From the NCBI GenBank assembly GCA_910592345.1, contig CAJVPI010000257.1, forward strand, positions 1 through 38,492: a stretch of 38,492 nt of DNA, read 5' to 3'. Positions 1-11,366 of the stretch are shown in pieces. The notes beneath the pieces were generated by a model, which did no database searches, was not told the origin of the DNA, and saw only the letters and a list, made by a program, of their open reading frames with translations. A program made the position numbers and the translations under genes. This DNA is from Paraglomus brasilianum. Its lineage: Eukaryota. The number at the start of each line of letters is the position of its first letter. Positions within the stretch are counted from its first letter, which is position 1.

Positions 1-72
1 AAAAACCCCCTTGTGTAAAATTATCATTTGATCCACGTGACAAAAAATCCGGTGATTTATGGTAGGGTAGTG
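1..72. mobile_element. Probable right terminus of a DNA transposon (ends ...GGTAGGGTAGTG; reverse complement starts CACTACCC), inserted into WD40 pseudogene copy 1
   Basis: Homology to the duplicate unit starts abruptly at 73 (TAGATTGAGG vs AAGACTGAGG at 7366). Sequence 1-72 is unrelated to 7300-7365 and ends in TAGTG (68-72) followed by TA/TAG. The other end is outside the window. Confidence 0.5.
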
Positions 73-189
73 TAGATTGAGGCTGATTTACCAGCACTAG
101 CTAGAACATCATCTTATCTGTAGAGCCAGCAGCATGTTAGTAGTTCCTGAATTAGGCAAAAGAGGATTGGTTAAATGAGTGCTATTATA

Positions 190-1306
190 CAGTGTGTAAC
201 AAAAGTTTTTGGAATTTTTTCGCGTACTTCAATGTTAATAGCTCTTCCAAAATAAAAGCAATGCACGTCAAATTTTAAACACGTAAACTAATTGTCCCAA
301 ACTGTAAACAAATAAAGTTTAAAATGATTGTTTGTTTTGTTTTCATTGAGAAATGGCTTTTACGATGACATCTTCTAACAAAGAAAACCATATTACAATT
401 GTGGCATCACAATATCAACTATCTATTATAATCTTAAAAAACTGAATAAAAAAGGGTATAGTTCAAGAAAATTAGCAAGTTGTCGCCCCAAGAAAGTTAC
501 CACACATGAATCAAGAGCAATAGCTCAATACTTGCGCCATAATCCAAGACTGTCTACAAGAAATTGTCACGAAGGTGTCCCACGTGACAGTTTTAAGACA
601 TTTAACAAGATTGGCTTATAAAAATAGTCTGCCTCTAAAAGACGCCTATGCTTACTGTTGCTCATAAAGAAGCTCGTGTTAGTTGGGCAACCAGACACCT
701 CAATGACAATTGGGACACCACATTGTTTTCTGATGAAACTGCTTTTCAGTTATTCAGAAACACAATAACTCAATGGTATAAGGGCGAACGACCAAATCTT
801 TGCGTGGGGAGGATTTTGTATACGCGGGAAAACTTCTCTATTTTGTTTAGAAATACTATGAATGCGAATTTTTACGTTGATATTTTGCAAAGTCGTAAGC
901 AAGAAATCGACGTACTTTTTAGAAACAATTGGCGCTTCTAACAAGACAATGATCCGAAGCATACAAGTCATGTTGCTCGGGCATTTTTAAGCGAAAACTT
1001 TTGGACTGGCCCTCCAACAGTCCAGACTTAAACCCAATTGAAAATATTTGGGCAATTGTTAAAAGAAATGTAGAAATGTGCATGCCTAAAATCTTTCAGA
1101 ATTAGAGTAGTATATGGCCGAAGAATGGGATAAAATTTCAAATAGCGTTCTAATTAACTGTATCAGATCAATGAGACGGAGATGATAGAAAACAATGGGG
1201 AAAGGATAAATTGTTAATTTTATATCATATCTTCTTTGTTAAGTTTTGTGCTGTGGTTGTTGAGAAATGAGTAAATAAAAAATTCCAAAAACTTTGTTAC
1301 ACACTG
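190..1306 (+). mobile_element. Tc1/mariner DNA transposon, 1117 bp, decayed
   Basis: Left TIR 190-220 CAGTGTGTAACAAAAGTTTTTGGAATTTTTT; right TIR 1277-1306 is its reverse complement with a 1-nt indel. Flanked by TA (188-189) and CA (1307-1308, mutated TA). The paralogous empty site TATTA-TA-TAAAG begins at 7481. Internal DDE transposase remnants are present. Confidence 0.95.
369..1215 (+). pseudogene. Tc1-family DDE transposase remnant
   Basis: HTH-like pieces STIYYNLKKL and RAIAQYLRHNPRLS. Catalytic-domain motifs WDTTLFSDETAF, F*QDNDPKHTS (TAA at 939-941) and WPSNSPDLNPIENIW. Several frameshifts and stops; boundaries approximate. Confidence 0.9.
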
Positions 1307-2945
1307 CATAAAGAAATAGTTTCGCATTTGAAAGAAAATAAACTTGTCACCTCTTTTCAGGTTTTTTGTTCAAAGCAAAGTTGGACATTATGTCGAGATA
1401 ATCTCCCATGTGCTCATTGTCAAATCTGTTAGCCTACAAACAGAGCACAATTAACCAACGAATAATTAACCAAGGGCAAAGATCCGAGTCCTAGATCCAC
1501 TGTTGAATTTTGATCATTAATTACTAAATGCTCGTTTTGATTAGCAGCCCCCGTTATCCCGGTCCACTATTTCATATTTAAAGCCCTCTTCTCTTACTCC
1601 AACTGACCCACGCTAGCCAATATATTACTTGTGTCCGCGACGTCTCTCAACATGCCCACTTTTATCATACGACTTTATATACTCAACCCCAACGGGTGCC
1701 CCGTAGTTGCCCAGATTAAAAAAAAAAAAAACTCAACGCGTTTATATCGTGTCCAAGATTCTCTTTTACAATTCTTCTCAATTTGAAATTACGAAGGATA
1801 TGATCATGAACTGTGGCAACTTCCATGTTCGCGTTTGCAGCTGTTCTTGATTTGTTTCCCGTGGAAGACGCCTCCGGGCACTTGCTAGTCTGATTATTTA
1901 TTTGAGTACGTAGCGTTCTATCGACGTGAGGACCGCTAGTGTCTTCGAGGAATTTTCGGCGTTTAAGGCGACGAATGACAAGTGGCTCATTTTCGGAATC
2001 GAGAGAAGCTACTGGAGAGGAAGGCGCAGACGAAACTTTCTGGGTAATAGAAGCTTTGAATTTGGAGTCCTTGCGTTTTGGCATTATTGCGAATTAGCAT
2101 TGAATGTATTAAATTATAGTTGTGTGTAACTGATCACATGAATTCCGATGATGATAATCGATAATATATTAATACTGTAAATACGAACAAGATCACCCCA
2201 CAGATGAAACGAAATATATTTTACAGAAACTATCATTTCGTGTATTCAACATTGACAGCAGAAGCAGCAAAGTAAACTCAAGTCCAATAAAAATATTGTG
2301 CCCATTTTCTATTATATATTATAATAGTCCTCAGCAGCTTTCAATTAAACTTCTAGTACTAGTAAACTGGGGAGTCTGTTCATGAGATTATTCACTCGAT
2401 CTTTTATAAATTGGCATTTGCAACGAATGATGCCTGAAACGTCGACTGCGTCCTATTGTAAATTGCCTGTGACTTATTGATGAAAAGACATGTAAATGTA
2501 ATGTGTGGCAAATACATTAAATGACACAATCAAGATTTACTTCAACAAAGAAACATTGATTTGTGGAAGCCACTGATAACATGCTAACCTACATTGTTTA
2601 AATATAAAAGCATTTACATTTCATCCTATGTCTTTGTATATTCACATTTAGTTGGGTCTGCCTATTCCATGTTTCTAGAGAATCATAAACGGAAGGTATG
2701 TATTCTAATGGATTATTCCAAATAGCAAATGTCACATTATTTCTTATTGGCATTTTGGTGTAACAACAAGAAACGGTTAAACAAACGACGGAGGTACATT
2801 TCCGAGGATTTCTTTTAAACCATCATCCCTTTCACCAGTAACTCGTACCTTTAACGTTCAATCGTAAGTGTAACTAATAAAAATTTATTCTCTTAACCGT
2901 AGATAAAAGTTGATAGTAATAGCTAACTAAGAACGTTAAATTAAG

Positions 2946-5405
2946 ATGTCGAAAAAAGTCAGAGGGTTTCTCGGTGCTTCCATAGAATTGATTTCGCCTG
3001 TAGCGAAAGTGGTGTATTTTCCCGGTGTAGCCGAACTATTCACTATCATTGAGCGAATCGTTGCGCTCATCGACACCGCAAGATATAATAGAGAAGCATT
3101 GCCTTACATGAGGATGTATATGACAGAAGTGAAGCAGACAATCCGTGACAATAGTGAAACAATAAACGAGGAATATACCCCAACTTTGATGAAAGCGCTG
3201 AAAAACTGGGAAAAGTTTCTGGTCCAATATACCAAGCCTAAAATGGTAAAATTATTGACTATCCTTAATGCTGATAAGGTAAACATTAATGTTTTTTAAT
3301 ACGATTTTTCCTATATCGAAGACAAGCTGAATTTTCTTTTCTGCTATAAATTTTTTAATTCACAGATAGATCGAAAGATACGTGACCTATTTACCGACCT
3401 GGACAATGCCCTCAATGCTGCTAATCTAAGGGTAACTTTAGAAAACAATAAAGGTCTTAAGAAGATATTGGGAATCACGGAGAAGATGGATGAACACATG
3501 ATGGACTTGGATAATAAGATGAACGCTATACAAATTGATATCACAGCTGTAAAAGACGCGGTGACGGAGAAAGTTAAAACTTCTTTCATAACTGCTGCAA
3601 TTTGCCATGGAGTTCCATTATCACAGGAAAGAATAGACGACTTAACGATTAGCCCAGAATGGATCAACCCTGTTCCCAATGCTCAACCTAATGGCGATGG
3701 TCCTACAAAAGTTGTATATTGTGGTGGTAATTATGCTGCAAAAGTTAAAATTGCAAACGCGAACGATGACATTAGTAAGTACTGGGTACAGGCCTTTATT
3801 AGCTCCAGATTGAATACGGATTTATTCATGAAAAAGTACGTATTTATCATATATTACCCGTTTTCATTATCTATATGCTGACGAATATTATCGTTTATTA
3901 TAGCTACGGCATTCTACTGGACGGAGGAACTTATTACATGATTACAGAGTGGCCAGGAAAGGGAACGCTCTCCGAATACCTTAAGGCACATAGAATTATT
4001 CCCTGGACACTAAAGATTAGATGGGTAATTCGTTTAGCACGTGCGCTTGCCTTTTGTCATAATAAATACATTCTGCATCATGACATTCGTAGGTAGGAAA
4101 ACTAGTATTACAATGTCAATTAAGCTTTTTTCTAGTAACGTGTTCAGCTAACTCATTTTTCGTTGTTTTTTTTCTCGAAATTTAGTCATAACGTAATTGT
4201 GGATACAAACGACAACGTCAAATTAGCAAACTATCATCGTGCCAGAGGAATGAAAGACATTACAACTTCGGTTGCTGAAGAGACTGATGGTGTCAGATGG
4301 TTATGTCCTGAAAAAACGAAGGATGGCGCGCTTCCTTACTCTACGTCGGCCGATGTATACAGGTACGAATGTTCGTAATGTTATTGTTCGGGTGATAGTT
4401 ACAATAGAATTTCAAACTATTGACAGAGTTTGACATTATTACAAGCAACTATATTTACTTGTATTTATTGTCTCAATATGTAGCTTTGGCATGCTTATGT
4501 GGGAAATAACATCTCACGAGATTCCTTTCCCAGACAAATCCATTGTCGAAGTATATACCTTATTAAAAAACTCAGATGGATTCAACGATCAGGATGCTCC
4601 ACGCCCGCCAATAGTTCCCGGTACACCAGAAAAGTATGCGAGTATAATGCAGAAATGTTGGAGACAGATTCCCGGGAGTCGTCCGACAATGCAGTATGTT
4701 GTACGAAAGTTAGAAAAACTAGAAAAGACGTACGAAAAGCCATACGATAATGCATCTTTGTATGCTACCGATACCACAAATATATCTAGTGGTAGCTTCA
4801 CTGAATACGATCCATACGCTCCTACACATCCACACGTAACGTTGCAAACAGCACGCGAGTTACACTGTCAAAAAAATTACAAGGAAGCCTTCAAACAATT
4901 CAAGATACTGGCCGATAAGGCTGAACCAGACCCTGAAGCAAACTTTTATGTTGGCCGATATCTTATCGACTCTAATATACAGTTCAATCGCGGAGCTGGA
5001 GGAAGCGTTAAGGATCCCAATGTAGGAGTGAGCTATTTGGAAGTAGCAGAAGATTTGGGATGCAGTGAGGCAACTCAGTACCGTGCTCAAGAGAAGATGG
5101 CAGCCGCCAAAGAAATACGAAAGCAATTGCAGGATACGGGTGACGAAACAGATGCCGAAGTAATTCTGGATAGAATGAAGACTGAGTGTTTACCATTGTT
5201 TCGTAATGGTGCGAGTCACGGCAATCTGCGTTGTATGAAAGATTTAGCTGATTATGGGGCAAAGCTAGGAGATAAACAGAGTTACGTGGACGGTCTTAGA
5301 ATGTTGGATGACGTAATTGCAAAAACGAAAGATCCTAAGCAGAAAGCTAAAGCACAAGATTTTTTAATGAGGTTACAACAGCACAAAAACGTATTTGTGG
5401 ATTGA
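2946..5405 (+). CDS. MLKL-like protein copy 1: N-terminal 4-helix-bundle/HeLo-like domain, coiled coil, TKL-type pseudokinase, Sel1-like repeats (~696 aa)
   Basis: Exons 2946-3278, 3366-3835, 3904-4092, 4186-4362, 4484-5405, all GT-AG, sum 2091 nt in frame. Kinase motifs YAAK, MITEWPGKGTL, LHHDIRSHNV, KLANYH (DFG position), VRWLCPE, ADVYSFGMLMWEI, IMQKCW..P..RP. C-terminal EAFKQF..LA..DPEANFYVG, AEDLGCSEA, GASHGNLRCM are Sel1-like. The N-terminal domain call is by resemblance only. Confidence 0.85.
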
Positions 5406-6285
5406 GAATGAAGCCGGCAAAAAACGCTAACAAAAACAAGTCCCCGCGGATTTCTGATATCGAGGAGTTGGCATCTAGTGACACACCGCGTGGTTGTATC
5501 GGAACATTAAGAAGCATTGTTATTTCTAGAACAGAAGAATGTGAATCGGAATTTTTGATTATTCTTCCACACCGACAGCTATTATAATTATGCATTTCAT
5601 GCCTGGACAAAGTTTTTTGTTATTCATGTATATATATAGTGAATAATCGTTAATTTTTGTATGTATATTTTATATTATAGCACCATTTTTGTATTTATTT
5701 CCAATTATAAGATTTGAAAGCGCTCTCACCACAGCATCTAAACATGAACAAATGAACATTAACGACTTTCAAGGAAGATGGCCTCTTTGCTTCCAATACA
5801 TTCTTTGTCATCTTTTATAATTGCTTTTGGCAGTTCATAGTTTCCATTTCTCACCCTACTCAATTATAATTTAACATTGGAATTGGGATTGTAGTTCTCT
5901 AAGCATAACCAAGATTAGCTGATGCAATCTTTGAAAATTCAAGAGTTCTAATGTTTAGACAACTTAATTCTGAAATGTTGCTTTTATAGAATGAAGGCCA
6001 ATAATCTGGTAACATCGCCTACAGTGTGCCAACGTATTGAAAACGTGACGTAATTTGTTTCGTTCAAGCATAGAAAGAGAAATGGATTAATCGCTATCTT
6101 CTATGAGTTTCTTGTATTATTACATCATGCTATTCATTAAATTAAATGATAATTTTATTTTTGCATCCAAATTATTTAAACCCCATCTTCTACTGATCAG
6201 CATTATTTTGTTTCTCTCATTATTAATGATATTGTTTCAATGTTCCACTTTCGCATACACTGACGCCCATCAAGAGCATTTTACA

Positions 6286-8236
6286 TCAATTGGCCTTCCA
6301 ATTCTCCCATTCCTTCAGTGTCTCATCGCTGATGTAGTCAAATCACCATATATAAGCATCGTCTCCGGCCGCAATGACAGATCTAGTAGGTAGGAACGAT
6401 GATATAGAATGAGCTCGGGAAGCACAATAAAATAATGAACGACCTCCCTCGTTAGTCTGACAGCTCACTTGTAATCTCCCGAGAATAAACAGCATTTCAC
6501 GGATTTCATTGACTGACGATTGCTTGTTCCTACACAGTTATCTTTCGTCAAGACTGAGAATAGGAATAAAATGAGTATAAATTATGAAAGTTGTATGGTC
6601 AAATATATGAGTAGAGCGTTATCTGAACGAATTTCGACATGCTTTTCGGGTTCCAGTATTCAATCTTTCCGTTTGTCGACTTGGATAACACATTCCCATT
6701 TGTTAATCTAATGGGTAAAAGAGATGAATGCGATTACCAGACAGTATGAAGTAACAAGAATAGCGCAATAATGTACATCAACATATGCTATGAGTATGAC
6801 CGGCATCTTATACAGATACAAGTCATTACAGCTATCAAATAATACAATGAACTCACCGATCTGTCCGGTATGCATATAATTTTACATGTTTGAGTATCAA
6901 TTCCTGATGACGCTTCGGTGGCTCGGGCGGAGTCCAGTATCTTATATCGCCGTGATAACTCCCAGTAATAAATGTCTCTCCCGATGGATGCCAACACTAA
7001 GAAAAAGAAAATTAAAGCTCCAATCGGCATTTGTTCATGTTCAATCGTATGTTCAATCGTATACCTTTTTATGTATACTCTTCTCCTTATTTCATTACCC
7101 CACAAGAAACAGAGTAATCAACTAACCACAACCAAAGCTTTAATCTCGAACAAGACTTATCATCCACATGCCATATCCGCACACTTCCATCTCTCGAAGC
7201 AGATAGCAAATGCTGATCATCTTTAGGATACTTCTGGATGTCTGCTATCGTATCTGTATAGAAATAGACGACTCTGGAAGAATTGTCTCAAATACTTGTA
7301 AAAGGGGAGAAGAAATTATCGTTACCAGTGTGACCAGTAAGTGTCTTAATCGTTCGAGATAAGGCAAGACTGAGGATATAGATTACCAGCACTAACTTGG
7401 TAGAACATCATCTTGTCTGCAGAGCCAGCAGCATGTTAGTAGTTCCTGAATTAGGCAAAGAAGATTGGTTAAATGAGTGCTATTATATAAAGAAATAGTT
7501 TCGCATTTGAAAGAAAATAAACTTGTCACATCTTCAGGTTTTTTGTTCAAAGCAAAGTTGGACATTATGTCGAGATGATCTCCCATGTGCTCATTGTCAA
7601 ATCTGTTAGCCTACAAACAGAGCACAATTAGCCAACAAATAATTAACCAAGGGCAAAAATCCGAGCCCTAGATCCACTGTTGAATTCTGATCATTAATTA
7701 CTAAATGCTCGTTTTGATTAGCAGCCCCTGTCCACTATTTTAAAGCCTTCTTCTCAACTGACCTACGCTAGCATTATATTACTTGTGTCCGCGACGTCTC
7801 TCAACATACCCACTTTATCATACGACTTTATATACTCAACCCTAACGGGTGCCTCGTAGTTGCCCAAATTAAAAAAAAAAAAACTCAACGCGTTTATATC
7901 GTGTCCATGATTCTCTTTTACAATTCTTCTCAATTTGAAATTACGAAGGATATGATCATGAACTGTGGCAACTTCCATGTTCGCGTTTGCAGCTGTTCTT
8001 GATTTGTTTCCCGTGGAAGACGCCTCCGGGCACTTGCTAGTCTGATTATTTATTTGAGTACGTAGCGTTCTATCGACGTGAGGACCGCTAGTGTCTTCGA
8101 GGAATTTTCGGCGTTTAAGGCGACGAATGACAAGTGGCTCATTTTCGGAATCGAGAGAAGCTACTGGAGAGGAAGGCGCAGACGAAACTTTCTGGGTAAT
8201 AGAAGCTTTGAATTTGGAGTCCTTGCGTTTTGGCAT
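6286..8236 (-). pseudogene. EED/ESC/FIE-like WD40 gene, copy 2 (full span, multiple lesions)
   Basis: Exon pieces in order: LRRIVKENHGHDINALSFFFFN; ELLTCCWL; IYILSLALSRTIKTLTGHT/DTIADIQKYPKDDQHLLSASRDGSVRIWHV; CWHPSGETFITGSYHGDIRYW; MHTGQI; NGNVLSKSTNGKIEYWNP; SVKCCLFSGDYK/SVIAAGDDAYIW*FD..WKAN* (stop 6286-6288). These parallel EED motifs KEDH, GHGNAINELKFHP..LLSVSKD..RLW, LSKS..I..W.P and DDASIWRWD. Frameshift near 7770; premature TGA at 6343-6345. Confidence 0.8.
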
Positions 8237-11200
8237 TATTTCTTTTTTTTGCATGTATTAAATTATAGCATTCATTCGCGCGCGTGTGTAACTGGTCACA
8301 TGGATTCCGATGATGATAATCGATAATAATTTCTCAGATATACTAATGAGAACAAGATCACATCACAGATGAAACAAAATATAGTTTACAGAAACTATCA
8401 TTTTCGTGTATTCCATTGACAGCAGCAGCAAAGTAAACTCAAGTCCAATAAATATTGTGCCCATTTTCTATTATATAGCCGTTCAATTGAACTTTTAGCA
8501 ACTCCCAATCCGGGAGTTTGTTCATGAGTCGATCTTTTATAAATTGGCATTTGCAAGAATGATGCCTGAAACGTCGACTGCGTCCTATTGTATATTGCGC
8601 AGCATGTCTGTGACGTATTGATGAAAAAACCATCTAATCGTAATGTGTGGCAACAATACACAATCAAGATTTGCTTCAACAAATAAATATTGATTCGTGG
8701 GACAGATAACATGCTAATTACATTGCTTAATAGCATTTGCACTTCATCTGTTGATCCCGAGTCATCCTATGTATTTGTATATTCACATTTAATTGGGTCT
8801 GCCTATTCCCGGCTGATGATGTTTCTAGAGAATCATAAACGAAAGGTATGTATTCTAATGGATTATTCCAAAAGTAAATATGGGCTGATAGCAAACGTCA
8901 CATTATTTCTTATTGGCCTGTGCTTGGCATTTGGTGTAACAAAAAGAAACGATGAACAAACGACGGAGGTCATATTCCGAGCATTTAAGCCATCACCCTT
9001 TTCACCAGTAACTCATACTTTTAACGTTCAATCGTAAGTGTAATTAATAAGAACTCATCATTCTCTTAACCGTATATAAAAGTCGACAGCTAACTAAGAC
9101 CGTTAAATTAACTATTTCAAGATGTCGAAAAGAATCAGAGGGTTTATCGGTACTTCCATAGAATTGATTTCGCCTGTAGCGAAAGTGGTGTATTTTCCCG
9201 GTGTAGCCGAACTATTCACTATCATTGAGCGAATCGTTGTGCTCATCGACACCGCAAGATATAATAGAGAAGCATTACCTTACATGAAGATGTATATGAC
9301 AGAAGTGAAGCAGACAATCCGTGACAATACTGGAACAATAAACGAGGAACATACCCCAACTTTGATGAAAGCGCTGAAAAACTGGGAAAAGTTTCTGGTC
9401 CAATATACCAAGCCTAAAATGAGAAAACTATTAACTATCCTTAATGCTGATAACGTAAACATTAACGAAAATTATTTTTAATATGAGTTTTTCCTATATC
9501 GAAAGATAAGCTGAATTTTCTTTTCTGCTATAAATTTTTTAATTCACAGATAGATCGAAAGATACGTGACCTATTTACCGACCTGGACAATGCTCTCAAT
9601 GCTGCTAACCTAAGGGTAAACTTGGAAAACAATAAACGTCTTAGGGAGATATTGGGAATCGCGGAGAAGATGGATGAACACATGATGGACTTGGATAATA
9701 AGATTAACGCTATCCAAATTGATATCACAACTGTGAAAGACGTGGTGACGGCGAAAGTTAAAGATTCTTTCATGACTACTGCAATTTGCCATGGCGTGCC
9801 ATTATCACGGGAAAAAATAGCCGACTTAACGATTAGCCCAGAACATATCAATCCCGCTCGCGATGCTCAACCTAATGGTGATGGTCCTACAAAAGTTATA
9901 TATTGTGGTGGTCTTTATGCTGCAAAAGTTAAAATTGCAAACGCGAACGACGACATTAGTAAGTACTGGGTACAGGCCTTTATTAGCTCCAAATTGAATG
10001 GGGATTTATTCATGAAAAAGTACGTATTTATCGTATATTACCCGTTTTAATTATCTATTTGCTGACAAGTATTATCGTTTATCATAGCTACGGCATTCTA
10101 CTGGACGGAGGAATTTATTACATGATTACAGAGTGGCCAGGAAAGGGAACGCTCTACGAATACCTTAAGACACACAGAATTATTCCGTGGACACTAAAGA
10201 TTAAATGGGCAGCTCGATTAGCAAGTGCGCTTGCCGTTTGTCACAGTAAGCTCATTCTGCACCATGACATTCGCAGGTAGGAAAACGAGTATTGCAATGT
10301 CGAATGAGGCTTTTTTCTAGAACGTGTTCAGCCAACTCGCTTTCTTTTTTTTTCGAAATTTAGTCATAACGTGATTGTGGATATAAACGACAACGTCAAA
10401 TTAGCAAACTATCATCGTGCCAGGGGAATAAAAGATATCACAACTTCGGTTGCTGAAGAGACTGATGGTGTCAGATGGTTATGTCCTGAAAAAACGAAGG
10501 ATGGCACGCTTCCTTACTCTACGTCGGCCGATGTATACAGGTATGTAAGTTTGTAATGTCATTGTTCGGGTGATAGCTACAATAGAATTTCAAACTATTG
10601 ACAGAGGTTGACATCATTATAAGCAACTATATTTACTTGTATTTATTGTCTAAATGTGTAGCTTTGGCATGCTTATGTGGGAAATAACTTCTCACGAGAT
10701 TCCTTTCCCAGATAAATCCATTGGTGAAGTATATACCGCATTAAAAAATTCAGATGGATTCAAAGATCAGGACGCTCCACGCCCGCCAATAGTTCCTGGT
10801 ACACCAGAAAAGTATGCGAGTATAATGCAGAAATGTTGGAGACAGGTTCCCGGGAGTCGTCCGACAATGCCATACGTTGTACGAAAATTAGAAAAGCTAG
10901 CAAAGACGTACGAAAGGCCATACGGTCAAGAATTTTCGTATGCTACCGATACCACAAATATATCTAGTGGTAGCTTCACTGAATACGATCCATACGCTCC
11001 TATACATCCACACGTAACGATGCAAACAGCACGCAAGTTACACGGTCAAAGACATTACAAGGAAGCCTTCGAACAATTCAGGATACTGGCTGATAAGGCT
11101 GAACCAGACCCTGAAGCAAACTTTTATGTTGGCCGATATCTTATCGACTCTAGAATACAGTTCAATCGCGGTGCTAAGGATCCCAATGTAGGAGTGAGCT

Positions 11201-11366
11201 ATTTGGAAGTAGCAGAAGATTTGGGATGCAGTGAGGCAACTCAGTACCGTGCTCAAGAGAAGATGGCAGCCGCCACAGAAATACGAAAGCAATTGCAGAA
11301 TAACGGTAACGAAACAGATGCCGAAGAAATTCTGAAAAGAATGAAGACTGAGTGTTTACCATTGTT
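7366..11366 (+). repeat. Tandem segmental duplication, unit 2 (high-identity portion)
   Basis: Matches 73-5200. Kinase start codons are 6176 bp apart (2946 vs 9122). Confidence 0.95.

Larger units (their letters stand above)
73..2084 (-). pseudogene. EED/ESC/FIE-like WD40 gene, copy 1 (truncated, frameshifted, TE-interrupted)
   Basis: ATG at 2084 gives MPKRKDSK...FKLRRIVKENLGHDINALSF. An A14 run (1718-1731) frameshifts the ORF; copy 2 has A13 and stays in frame. Later pieces read DTSNILASVG, MGDYLDIMSNF and ELLTCCWL. The Tc1 element (190-1306) sits in a predicted intron, and the 3' part is cut off at 72. Confidence 0.75.
73..5200 (+). repeat. Tandem segmental duplication, unit 1 (high-identity portion, minus the Tc1 insertion)
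   Basis: Colinear high identity with 7366-11366 across the WD40 pseudogene, the intergenic region and the kinase gene including introns. Confidence 0.95.

Noticed and set aside
3036..5610. Antisense and alternate-frame ORFs overlapping the kinase gene (and likewise over the VWA, GPCR and ATPase genes)
   Set aside because: Shadow ORFs of real coding exons with no independent motifs.
6021..6050. TA-CAGTGTGCCAAC resembling a Tc1 TIR start, next to coding-like minus-strand sequence at about 5740-6010
   Set aside because: No partner TIR found in the window and the adjacent peptide fragments are not recognisable.
8398..9037. ORFs in the WD40-kinase intergenic region
   Set aside because: The paralogous region 2230-2870 has many frame-breaking indels, so no coding constraint is evident.
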